DNA of 38,403 nt. It comes from a candidate division WOR-3 bacterium. GTDB taxonomy: Bacteria; SDB-A. The notes beneath the pieces were generated by a model, which worked only from the letters and a program-made list of their open reading frames with translations, was not told where the DNA came from and did not search any database. The stretch is from assembly GCA_016934535.1 (NCBI GenBank), contig JAFGSQ010000057.1:1-38403 (forward strand), given 5' to 3'. A program made the translations under genes and the position numbers. Positions 8,578 through 17,585 of the stretch are shown here, piece after piece; positions within the stretch are counted from its first letter, which is position 1; the number at the start of each line of letters is the position of its first letter.

Positions 8578-11500
8578 ATGAGTTCAACAAAAATCTGCGT
8601 ATTATCTTTTTGCGTACTTTTATTTGGCGCGAAAATTCATGCGGGCGAGAGTTCGTACTTTTTAATGCATTCATACGATGATGTCTCCGTTGAAAAAGAA
8701 GGAATTTACAGCCTTGTCAGCATAGTTGGGGGCAGAATTATGAGAACAGGCGGTGTTCCGTCTCTTCCGACTGTAAAGGTCATGTACAGTATTCCAGCTG
8801 CTTCTGAACTTACCCAGGTAAAAATAACGGATGAGGAATGGATCCCGCTGGGCACGCACAGGATTTTCCCTGCGCAAAATCCATGTCCTTACGGTTTTGC
8901 CGATGATTTTCAGAGCGAGGACACAAGTATCTATTCCGCGGACAAATATTACCCGGAAACAATTCTCGAAAACTTTTTTACTGGAAATAAATCAGGATTT
9001 ATGCTGGGATGCGTGTGTTTTTGCCCTTTCAGATACAATCCCGTCACCGGAGATCTTCAGCTTCTCGCCTCGGCAAAAGTGACAGTAAAATATAACGAAG
9101 GAACAAGTGAAGCCGTATTTTTGGCTGCAGAGCAAATACGTATTTTCGGAGAAGACGTCAAGTCTCTCGTGGCAAATCCTGAAGATGTTCGAACAAATTC
9201 ACCCCAGGAAAAATTTTCAGTAAACGGATATTACGAATACGTGATAATAGCTCCTGAATACCTATCCCCGTATTTCGAAGAACTTTTGAGATGGAAAACG
9301 GAAAAAGGCGTAAGAGCAGGTTTGTTCACGAAAGAGTGGATTACCTCTACTTATCCGGGAAGGGACGACCTTGAAAAAATGAGGGAATTTGTAAAAGATT
9401 ACCACAGAAATCATGGACTTATTTATCTTGTTCTCGCAGGTGATTATGAGAATCTCGGTGCGAGAATGGTCCCGGTCAAAGTCGGAACAAGTTACTCCGA
9501 AAACGCTTCGTGCGATATGTATTTTTCTGATGTTGTCCCTTATTCATCGGACTGGGATGCCAATGGAAACCTTCTTTACGGAGAACTTTCCGTCGACGGG
9601 TGCGACTGGTTCAGTGATGTCTATGTGGGCAGATTTCCTGTAACCGAACCTTACCAAGTGTTGAAGTATATTGATAAAGTTTTAACATACGAGATGTATC
9701 CGCCACATGGTTTTCTGGAAAAGTCTCTTCAAGGAGGCGGTTTGCTTTGGCCCAGCTATAATCATTACGGTAGTATTTTGTGTGATTCGATAGCCGATAA
9801 CTGTCTCCCCCCGAATTGGTCTCACACTAAAATGTACGAATCCTTTTATTTTCATCCCAACGGTTTCAGCGATTCTCTGAGCAGAGGTTACGGCTGGTGT
9901 CATATCGCTTCTCACGGCAACGAAAACGGAACATACTGGCACAACAGCCCAAACGATATGATGACGAAATTAATGGCGGACGCACTGACGAACGGCATGA
10001 AAATCGGGGTTGTTCATTCCATAGCCTGCGAAGCAGGATGGTTCGATCAGAAAGACTGTCTCGCCGAGCATTTGTTCAACTCACCTAACGGTGGGGCGGT
10101 CGCGGGGATTTTCAATTCGAGATACGGTTGGGGACAAGCGCCCGGTTTAGGCAGTTCTGATTGGTTAAGCCTATGGACGGCCGATGCGGTTTACAGACTG
10201 GATCTGAAAAATATCGGTAGAGCGCTGTCTATTGCAAAAGATAAAATAGTATTCGGCATTAACTCAAATCCCATGACCGATATGGATCATTGGTCGATGG
10301 TGGAACTAAATCTTTTCGGAGACCCTCAGACGCAGATATATTCCCGTGAACCTACAGCTATGACAGTAAATCATTCTCCGAGACTCAATCAAGGCAATTA
10401 CAATTTCATTGTTTCGGTTTTTTCCGGAAAACAACCTCTGGTTAACGCATCGTGCTGCCTTTCGAGGCATCAAAGCTCTGAAATCTGGTTTGAGGCGAAG
10501 ACCGGCACAGACGGATTTGCAAACATTGCCTATTCTATTGCGGACAATTCACCGGTAGTGTTCACTGTTTATACTCCGGATCATTTATTCTATAGAGAGA
10601 CTCTGCAGATTTCTTTAAACGAACCCTACGTAGTGATGGCGTATATTGATACAATCTGTGGAGGACAAGAAAACGGGCAGTTAAGTCCAGGAATGAGCTA
10701 CGAAATGTATGTTGCAGCAGCAAATTGGGGTATTTCGAAGGCCACGGGAGTCCAAGCGTTTTTGGCGACTGACGACTCTGGAATCGCTCTGATGGCAGAC
10801 ACATTGTTTTTCGGGGATATCAATCCCTATGACACTATTATATCCACCGATCCCCTCGGATTCACATTAGCATACGGATTGCTTGATGACCATAAAATAC
10901 CGCTGGATTTTGTATGTTTCGATGATTCAGGAAGAATTTGGACGACTTCATTTTTTCTCGAAGTGAACTCGGAAAACCTGAAAGTAGTGAATTGCTACGG
11001 ACCTTCTGTGATTATGCCGGGCAATGATTTTAATGTTTCAGTGTCGATAGAAAATTCAGGAAGCGGAACTGCAGATCAGATTCAGATGCAACTCAGGAAA
11101 GTCGGAAACGAAAGTTTTTTTTCTTTTGCCGACTCTGTTGAAATAGTAAATACTATCCCTCCAAATTCAACTATGAGGTTTGACGATGCTTTCGAAATAT
11201 CAGTTTCAGCATCTTGCTCGATGTCTCATTATTGCGAGTTCGAATTACGCCAACAGGCGGCAGACTCTAATGTGTTTTATGACACTTTTACTCTCGCGGT
11301 AGGATCCGTCGTTTTCGAAGAGAATTTCGATTCAGAGGTGCATTGGGCTTATTCAGGATCGACTGCATGGAACGTCACTACAAGGAAATGGCATTCGCCT
11401 TTAAAGTCAATGTATTGCGGGAATTCACTTGGCTATTATGAAAACGGCGTCAATGACTCGAGAGTCATTTCGAAGGATATATTCTGCACGAGTAATTCGG

Positions 11501-12132
11501 TATTGAGTTTCTGGCATTTGTATCGGATACAGAATGAATATGACGGCTGCAGAATTGAGTTTTCAACAGACGGCGGAGGTTCCTGGTTTCCGCTTTTCCC
11601 TGAGGAAGGATACACCGGAGTTTCAAGTGGATTCGGTGGTTATAATTTCGGCGATTCATTTTATACGGGAAGTCATTACGTTTGGGCGATGCAAAACGCA
11701 ATTGTCCCTGTTCAGGGGTATATGAAATTTGCCTGGAGGTTCGGATCGGACAGCACTATAAACGACATAGGATACTTTTTTGATGACGTTTCGTTGAAAT
11801 TGCATTCCGGTACAAGTGTCGGTGAACAGACGCGGAGCCCAAGGATATCCGAAACTGATTTTTCAATCTTAAATGTTTACCCCAATCCGTCTGGGGGGAG
11901 ATTTTTCATAAAATTTTCTGTTCCTTTTGTGACACACGTAAAATTGGCAGTGTTTGATGCAACAGGAAGAATTGTGTCGGAATTAATTGATGAAGTATTG
12001 GAAGAAGGGATTTATTCTGCTAATTGGGACGGCAGGGACGAAAGAGGACGTATGGTGTCTTCGGGGACGTATTTTTATTTTTTTAATGCAAACGGGTTGA
12101 ATACAACCGGCAAGTTTGTTTTGCTGAGATAA
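8578..12132 (+). CDS. Secreted C25 (gingipain-family) cysteine peptidase with propeptide, Ig/beta-sandwich domains and FlgD-Ig/T9SS-type C-terminal domain
   Basis: Signal peptide. Propeptide (GVPSLP, PFRYNPVTGDL). Catalytic-domain motifs YVIIAPE, YLVLAGD, DVYVGRFP, His in ASHG, Cys in SIACEAGWFD, NLFGDP. C-terminus VYPNP...VFDATGRIV...WDGRDERGRMVSSGTYF...KFVLLR. Confidence 0.92.
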   Translation: MSSTKICVLSFCVLLFGAKIHAGESSYFLMHSYDDVSVEKEGIYSLVSIVGGRIMRTGGVPSLPTVKVMYSIPAASELTQVKITDEEWIPLGTHRIFPAQNPCPYGFADDFQSEDTSIYSADKYYPETILENFFTGNKSGFMLGCVCFCPFRYNPVTGDLQLLASAKVTVKYNEGTSEAVFLAAEQIRIFGEDVKSLVANPEDVRTNSPQEKFSVNGYYEYVIIAPEYLSPYFEELLRWKTEKGVRAGLFTKEWITSTYPGRDDLEKMREFVKDYHRNHGLIYLVLAGDYENLGARMVPVKVGTSYSENASCDMYFSDVVPYSSDWDANGNLLYGELSVDGCDWFSDVYVGRFPVTEPYQVLKYIDKVLTYEMYPPHGFLEKSLQGGGLLWPSYNHYGSILCDSIADNCLPPNWSHTKMYESFYFHPNGFSDSLSRGYGWCHIASHGNENGTYWHNSPNDMMTKLMADALTNGMKIGVVHSIACEAGWFDQKDCLAEHLFNSPNGGAVAGIFNSRYGWGQAPGLGSSDWLSLWTADAVYRLDLKNIGRALSIAKDKIVFGINSNPMTDMDHWSMVELNLFGDPQTQIYSREPTAMTVNHSPRLNQGNYNFIVSVFSGKQPLVNASCCLSRHQSSEIWFEAKTGTDGFANIAYSIADNSPVVFTVYTPDHLFYRETLQISLNEPYVVMAYIDTICGGQENGQLSPGMSYEMYVAAANWGISKATGVQAFLATDDSGIALMADTLFFGDINPYDTIISTDPLGFTLAYGLLDDHKIPLDFVCFDDSGRIWTTSFFLEVNSENLKVVNCYGPSVIMPGNDFNVSVSIENSGSGTADQIQMQLRKVGNESFFSFADSVEIVNTIPPNSTMRFDDAFEISVSASCSMSHYCEFELRQQAADSNVFYDTFTLAVGSVVFEENFDSEVHWAYSGSTAWNVTTRKWHSPLKSMYCGNSLGYYENGVNDSRVISKDIFCTSNSVLSFWHLYRIQNEYDGCRIEFSTDGGGSWFPLFPEEGYTGVSSGFGGYNFGDSFYTGSHYVWAMQNAIVPVQGYMKFAWRFGSDSTINDIGYFFDDVSLKLHSGTSVGEQTRSPRISETDFSILNVYPNPSGGRFFIKFSVPFVTHVKLAVFDATGRIVSELIDEVLEEGIYSANWDGRDERGRMVSSGTYFYFFNANGLNTTGKFVLLR

Positions 12133-12142
12133 AGGAGGAAAG

Positions 12143-13474
12143 ATGATAGACAGAAAGACGATAAAAGACTTTCTCGGAGGGGCTGAAGGAGCGGAAACTG
12201 AAATCGTGGCGAATTATTACAATATGGCTTCTACGAGATTTTCGAACAACTCGATAACCCAGAACGTCAAAAACGAGGGCATGGATCTTGACCTGAGGGT
12301 GATAGAGTCGAACAGAACTTCAACCGTTTCATCCAACGACTGTTCAGGAGAAAACTTAAGGAGACTTCGTATAAAAGCTCTTGAAGTCAATAAATATTCC
12401 AAAGAGGATGAAGATATCCTCCACCTGATCGATTCATCGGATCAGGTGTTAGATGATTCTGCTTATGCAAAGAAGACTGCAGAAATGAACCCTTCCGAAA
12501 GAACGGATATCATACGTGAGTGCGTCGGTGAAGCTTCGAAAAAGAAAATGCAAGCCGCAGGATTTCTCAGGAACGGCGAAGTTTCGCTTGTTATAGCCAC
12601 TAACAAGGGAATGTGGAGGGAGCACAGCCGCACCGCCTTTTCCCTTTCGCTGTCGGTGATGAACGACTTAGGTTCCGGTTGGGCGAGCTGTTCGTCGTTC
12701 GACCGTTCGAAAGTCTCGATAGAAGAGGTCGTAAAAATCGCCGTAGAGAAGGCTGACGCGAGCAGAAAACTGGAACAGCTTCCTCCCGGGGCTTACACAG
12801 TAGTCCTGGAACCTGCCGCGGTAGCTGATCTTCTGGCATTCCTCGGCTGGGGCAGTTTCGGAGGCCTTTCTTTTGTCGAAAACAGGTCTTTCATGAGCGG
12901 CAGTATCGGCAAAAAAGTGATGAGCGATAAAATAACAATAACGGATAATGTCGGGCATGAACTTTTCAGGGCCTGCCCTTTTGATTTTGACGGTCTGCCA
13001 ACGCAGAAGGTGGTTTTTATAGACAAAGGGGTTGCAAAAGGCGTCGTGCACGACAGAAAGACTGCCGCCATTGCAAAAACCGAAACGACGGGACATTCAC
13101 TCCAACAGCCCAACAGCCATGGTCCGTTTCCGAGAGCCCTTGTGATGTCGAGCGGAGATTCCAGATTTGAAGATATGGTTTCCTCGACGGAAAAAGGTAT
13201 TTTGGTGACGAGATTTCATTACACCAATATGCTCGACCCGATGAAAGTGACCGTGACAGGCATGACAAGAGACGGATTGTTCCTTATTGAAAAAGGAAAA
13301 GTAACTAAAGCGCTCAAAAATTTCAGATTCACTGAAAGCGTGCTCAATGCTTTTTCGCAAGTGGACATGGTTGGAGATGAGCAAAAACTGACGGGAGGGT
13401 TTTTCGGGGGCGGATACGTGACACCCTCTTTGAAGATCAGTGACTTCCACTTTTCAAGCAACACCGATTTTTAG
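12143..13474 (+). CDS. TldD/PmbA family protein, non-catalytic TldE-like subunit
   Basis: TRFSNNSITQN, LPPGAYTVVLEPAAVADL, PFDFDGLP and TGMTRDGLFLIEKG motifs. No HExxGH motif. AAGGAGG RBS overlaps the C25 stop codon. Confidence 0.9.
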   Translation: MIDRKTIKDFLGGAEGAETEIVANYYNMASTRFSNNSITQNVKNEGMDLDLRVIESNRTSTVSSNDCSGENLRRLRIKALEVNKYSKEDEDILHLIDSSDQVLDDSAYAKKTAEMNPSERTDIIRECVGEASKKKMQAAGFLRNGEVSLVIATNKGMWREHSRTAFSLSLSVMNDLGSGWASCSSFDRSKVSIEEVVKIAVEKADASRKLEQLPPGAYTVVLEPAAVADLLAFLGWGSFGGLSFVENRSFMSGSIGKKVMSDKITITDNVGHELFRACPFDFDGLPTQKVVFIDKGVAKGVVHDRKTAAIAKTETTGHSLQQPNSHGPFPRALVMSSGDSRFEDMVSSTEKGILVTRFHYTNMLDPMKVTVTGMTRDGLFLIEKGKVTKALKNFRFTESVLNAFSQVDMVGDEQKLTGGFFGGGYVTPSLKISDFHFSSNTDF

Positions 13475-13484
13475 GGGGGGAAAG

Positions 13485-14960
13485 ATGAAAGAACTCGCGT
13501 TCAGAGCAATAGATAAAGCGAAAAAAGAAGGCGCACAATACGCCGATATAAGGATTGTCATGGACGAAACCGAAATGATCGAAATCAGAAACGGAAAACC
13601 GACCGCTCTCGATTTCAAGGAGACTGAAGGATTCGGTATAAGAGTCCTGTGCGACGGATCGTGGGGTTTTGCCTCTTCATCAGGTGCGAAACCCGAGTCG
13701 GTGGACAAAATCGCCGCTCTCGCAGTCGAGATAGCCAAATCTTCGGCAAAAGTGAGAGACAGAAAAGTAAACCTCGCCAAAGAGAAAACATACGAAGAAT
13801 TCTGGATGACGCCGTATATAATTGACCCTTTCAAAGTTCCCCTGTCGGAAAAACTCGACCTGATGATGGCCGTTGATTCTATTCTGAGAAAAAAGCCTGA
13901 GATAAAGGCGGCCGTATGTATGATGGAATTCTGGAGGGAGCATCAGTGGCTGGCGACGTCCGAAGGAAGCTTCGTCGAGCAGATTTACTTGAGGTCCGGA
14001 TCGGGATACCAGGCTATAGCAGTCGGTAACCACGATATGCAGGAAAGGACTTTCCCCAACACGCACAGGGGACAGTATCTGTCAGCGGGTTATGAACTCA
14101 TCAACTCCCTGGCTCTGCTAGAAAACGCGGAAACTGTCCGGGAAGATGCGATAGCGCTTCTTACGGCTGAAAATTGTCCCACCGGTAAAAAAGACATAAT
14201 TCTGACAGGAACACAGATGGTTCTTCAGATACATGAGTCGGTGGGTCATGCCACCGAATTGGACAGGGTTCTCGGTTATGAAGCAAATTACGCCGGGAGA
14301 TCTTTTGCCACAATGGAAAAGCTTGGAAATTTCAAATACGGTTCAGAAATTGTCAATCTCGTGGCAGACAACACTCTGCCCGGAGGGCTTTCTACGGCGA
14401 GATTCGACGACGATGCCGTACCTGCCAAAAGATGGCACATAGTCAAAAACGGAGTGTTTTCCGGATACATGACAAACAGGGAAGTCGCCTTTGAGACAGG
14501 CCAGCCTGAAAGCATGGGATGCAACAGAGCACAGGGTTATTCTAACATACCGATTGTCAGAATAGCCAATCTAAGCCTCATGCCCGGAAAAGGATCGCTC
14601 GACGACATCATTTCAGACACTGAAGACGGTATACTGATGGACACTAATAAAAGCTGGTCTATAGACCAGATGAGGCTGAATTTTCAGTTCGGTGTTGAAG
14701 CGGCGTGGGAGATAAAAAAAGGAAAGAAAGTCAGGTTGCTCAAAAACGCAAATTATCAGAGCTCGACGCCCGAATTTTGGAATTCCTGCGACCGCATCGC
14801 CGGACCGGAAGAGTGGAAGCTTTGGGGCGTGAGAAACTGCGGAAAAGGTCAACCGGGACAAACGGCGGAAATGTCGCACGGCTCTTCACCGGCGAGGTTC
14901 AGAAAAGTCCAGGTGGGGGTAGGAAACGATTTTCTTGAGAAAAAATCCGAATTAATATAA
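13485..14960 (+). CDS. tldD: TldD family metalloprotease, catalytic subunit
   Basis: YADIR, GFGIRVLCDGSWGFAS, metal-binding QIHESVGH and NCGKGQP motifs. Start reassigned to the ATG at 13485 after a G-rich RBS. Confidence 0.92.
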   Translation: MKELAFRAIDKAKKEGAQYADIRIVMDETEMIEIRNGKPTALDFKETEGFGIRVLCDGSWGFASSSGAKPESVDKIAALAVEIAKSSAKVRDRKVNLAKEKTYEEFWMTPYIIDPFKVPLSEKLDLMMAVDSILRKKPEIKAAVCMMEFWREHQWLATSEGSFVEQIYLRSGSGYQAIAVGNHDMQERTFPNTHRGQYLSAGYELINSLALLENAETVREDAIALLTAENCPTGKKDIILTGTQMVLQIHESVGHATELDRVLGYEANYAGRSFATMEKLGNFKYGSEIVNLVADNTLPGGLSTARFDDDAVPAKRWHIVKNGVFSGYMTNREVAFETGQPESMGCNRAQGYSNIPIVRIANLSLMPGKGSLDDIISDTEDGILMDTNKSWSIDQMRLNFQFGVEAAWEIKKGKKVRLLKNANYQSSTPEFWNSCDRIAGPEEWKLWGVRNCGKGQPGQTAEMSHGSSPARFRKVQVGVGNDFLEKKSELI

Positions 14961-15011
14961 GATTCATTATCTGCATCATGGAAAGAAGATAATATTTAAG
15001 AAGGAGGAAAG

Positions 15012-16205
15012 GTGATAAAACTGAATTTCAATTACAAGGATATCTTCCGTGCTGGCCGGCTCGGTTTCAGTTTTAAGAAAATGTCTGCCGCCATGATAGG
15101 ACTGGTCATACTTACAGTTGTTTATAACGTATTCTCGTACGCTTCGCTGATGTCAGCCGGTGGTTCCCTGAGCAGAATATGGACTTTTCAAAGACTGGCG
15201 CCGATTCCTTTCGGACTGACTCTGCCATGGTATTCCTGGCTGATATGGGCTGTCGGAGCGCTGGTTTCATGGTTGGTTCTGTCAATAACAATTTCCGCAG
15301 TTTCAAAGATAACTTTCGAACAGCTTAGAGGTGACGAGTTTTATGAAGTCGGCAAGGCTTACAAGGATTCCCTGAAACTCTGGAAGAGTTCTTTCCTTTC
15401 ACCGATAATCCTGGCCGTTTTTATCGCTTTCCTGTTCGCTGTAGGAGCTCTTTTTGGACTCATGGGTAAAATACCTGTTGCCGGACCATGGCTCGTCGGC
15501 CTGCTTTCAGTGTTCCTTTTTCTCGGCGCATTTTTTATAGTCTATCTGATTTTGGTGTGGATAGTTTCAGTCTATACATCCCCGACTATATCAGTAGTCA
15601 CAAACGGAGACAGTTTTGACACTCTCTTTGAAGTGTTCAGTGTGGCAAATGAGCAGACCTGGAGGTTTGTGATCTGGCAGTTATTAGTGGGCGGCATTAT
15701 GACTGCCGGTGTGTTTATCTATTCAATCGCGATAAAGTACACATTATTTTTGTTCAAAACCGCCATGGACATACCCTCCGGACAAGCATGGTGGTACCAA
15801 ACCTGGAACTTCGCAAGAAGCATGCTTCCTTCTATTCCTCCAATGATTCCCACTCAAATATACAATCTCTTCGCGAAAATATTCCCCGGATCCGTTCAGG
15901 TGTGGACGGTTTCATCGCTGCCGGGTATAGGCCCCATGATTGGCGGCATAATTCTCGCGGTTCTTCTTTATCTTGTCATGCTTTCAATACTGTCGCTCAA
16001 ATTGTCTATCTTCAGTGCCGGTCAGACTTTGATCTATGTTGTACTCGTAAAGATTAAGGACGACAGAAATCTTTTGGAGACAAAGAAAAAATGGTCCATA
16101 GACGATGAAGATGAAGACATGGAGGACGAAGAAGACAAGAATGAGGAAGAGACAAAAGATGAAGATGAGAAGAGCGGGAAAGAGGAAGAAAAGAATAACG
16201 ACTGA
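15012..16205 (+). CDS. Hypothetical multi-pass membrane protein with acidic C-terminal tail
   Basis: GTG start with AAGGAGG RBS. Roughly 6-8 hydrophobic segments, ending in a D/E/K-rich tail. Confidence 0.8.
   Translation: MIKLNFNYKDIFRAGRLGFSFKKMSAAMIGLVILTVVYNVFSYASLMSAGGSLSRIWTFQRLAPIPFGLTLPWYSWLIWAVGALVSWLVLSITISAVSKITFEQLRGDEFYEVGKAYKDSLKLWKSSFLSPIILAVFIAFLFAVGALFGLMGKIPVAGPWLVGLLSVFLFLGAFFIVYLILVWIVSVYTSPTISVVTNGDSFDTLFEVFSVANEQTWRFVIWQLLVGGIMTAGVFIYSIAIKYTLFLFKTAMDIPSGQAWWYQTWNFARSMLPSIPPMIPTQIYNLFAKIFPGSVQVWTVSSLPGIGPMIGGIILAVLLYLVMLSILSLKLSIFSAGQTLIYVVLVKIKDDRNLLETKKKWSIDDEDEDMEDEEDKNEEETKDEDEKSGKEEEKNND
16101..16202 (+). repeat. Low-complexity GA-rich tract encoding an acidic tail
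   Basis: gacgatgaagatgaagac...gaggaagaaaagaataacgac encodes DDEDEDMEDEEDKNEEETKDEDEKSGKEEEKNND. Confidence 0.6.
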
Positions 16206-16232
16206 AAATTTGATCTTTATTCAATTCGCGCA

Positions 16233-17321
16233 ATGCCTTATTTGTCACTGAAAAACGTCAGCAAGTTTTTTTCAGGGACAAGGGCATTGGAGCCTGTTTG
16301 TCTTGACGCCGAGAAAGGTGAACTAATGGTCCTTGTAGGTCCTTCAGGATGCGGAAAATCTACATTACTGAGGATAATCGCCGGGCTTGAAACACCGAGT
16401 TCCGGCGAGATTTTTCTCGACGGCAAGAAAATAAACGACAAGGAACCGGCAGAAAGAGACATCGCCATGGTCTTTCAGAATTACGCGCTGTATCCGCATA
16501 TGAAAGTCAGAGACAACCTTTCATTCGCGCTTAAAATGAGAAAGTATTCGAAAGCCGAGATAGAGAGAAGAGTCTTTGAGGCTTCGGAATTGCTGGAGAT
16601 CGGCCAACTTATGGACAGATACCCGAAAGAGATTTCAGGAGGCGAAAGGCAGAGGGTCGCCCTCGGAAGAGCCATAGTCAGACATCCAAAGCTTTTTCTT
16701 TTTGACGAACCGCTTTCAAACCTGGACGCAAAACTGAGGATTCAGATGAGAAGCGAAATTACAAAGCTTCACATGAAACTTGGCGTGACTATGCTTTATG
16801 TGACTCACGATCAGACCGAAGCTATGACAATGGGTGACAGAATAGCAGTTATGAAGGCTGATAAAAAAGCTGGAGAAGGCGGTAAAATTCTTCAGACGGG
16901 AGCACCCATGGAACTGTACGAAAACCCGTCAAAAAGGTTTGTTGCAGAATTCATAGGCACTCCTTCTATGAATTTCATTGAACATTTCGAAGAAGGAAGA
17001 GACGGTTTTCCCTTCGTAAGCGGCATCCCGGGGCTTCTGAAAGGATTTGGCGGCAGTTTTGATTATTCAGAAGTTGTAATAGGAGTTAGACCCGAGAAAA
17101 TCATTATATCGGAGGATTGCAGATCAGGTGGACAGATGGAAATCGAACTTATCGAGAGAATGGGCTCCGAAACACTGATATATCTTTCGGGAAAAGATTT
17201 GAAACTCGTTGCAAAATTATTTGTTCCCGTATGTAAAAAAGCGGGTGAAAAGGTCGGCGTTGAAGTTCAGGTCCAGGATGTTATGTTTTTCAGCCGGAAG
17301 GATGGCGGGTTATTGACCTGA
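16233..17321 (+). CDS. Carbohydrate ABC transporter ATP-binding subunit (MalK/UgpC/MsmX family)
   Basis: Walker A GPSGCGKST, MVFQNYALYPHM, signature ISGGERQRVALGRA, Walker B FLFDEPLSNLDAKLR, YVTHDQTEAMTMGDRI, C-terminal TOBE-like region. Confidence 0.95.
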   Translation: MPYLSLKNVSKFFSGTRALEPVCLDAEKGELMVLVGPSGCGKSTLLRIIAGLETPSSGEIFLDGKKINDKEPAERDIAMVFQNYALYPHMKVRDNLSFALKMRKYSKAEIERRVFEASELLEIGQLMDRYPKEISGGERQRVALGRAIVRHPKLFLFDEPLSNLDAKLRIQMRSEITKLHMKLGVTMLYVTHDQTEAMTMGDRIAVMKADKKAGEGGKILQTGAPMELYENPSKRFVAEFIGTPSMNFIEHFEEGRDGFPFVSGIPGLLKGFGGSFDYSEVVIGVRPEKIIISEDCRSGGQMEIELIERMGSETLIYLSGKDLKLVAKLFVPVCKKAGEKVGVEVQVQDVMFFSRKDGGLLT

Positions 17322-17584
17322 TGAGAAAGAACATAAAAGTGATAAACAAGCTTGGCATACACGCAAGACCTGCCGCCATGCTGGTAAAGATAGCCAACGG
17401 CTATGAGTGCGAAGTGTTTTTTGAAAAAGACGGTTTGAAGGTCAATGGTAAAAGCGTGCTCGATGTCATGATGCTGGCCGCTCCGAAAGGCACGGAATTA
17501 ACAGTGGAAACCAGCGGAGAGGACGAAGAAAACTGCATGAAGGAAATCGAAGAAGTTTTTTCGAAAGGTTTTGACGAGGATTGA
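17321..17584 (+). CDS. ptsH: Phosphocarrier protein HPr
   Basis: GIHARPA (His15 site) and VNGKSVLDVMML (Ser46 site). Start overlaps the ATPase stop (TGATG). Confidence 0.95.
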   Translation: MRKNIKVINKLGIHARPAAMLVKIANGYECEVFFEKDGLKVNGKSVLDVMMLAAPKGTELTVETSGEDEENCMKEIEEVFSKGFDED

Positions 17585-17585
17585 A

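Noticed and set aside
12143-14960. RiPP (microcin-like) biosynthetic cluster around TldDE
   Set aside because: No precursor peptide, YcaO or radical SAM enzyme, or peptide exporter in the window.
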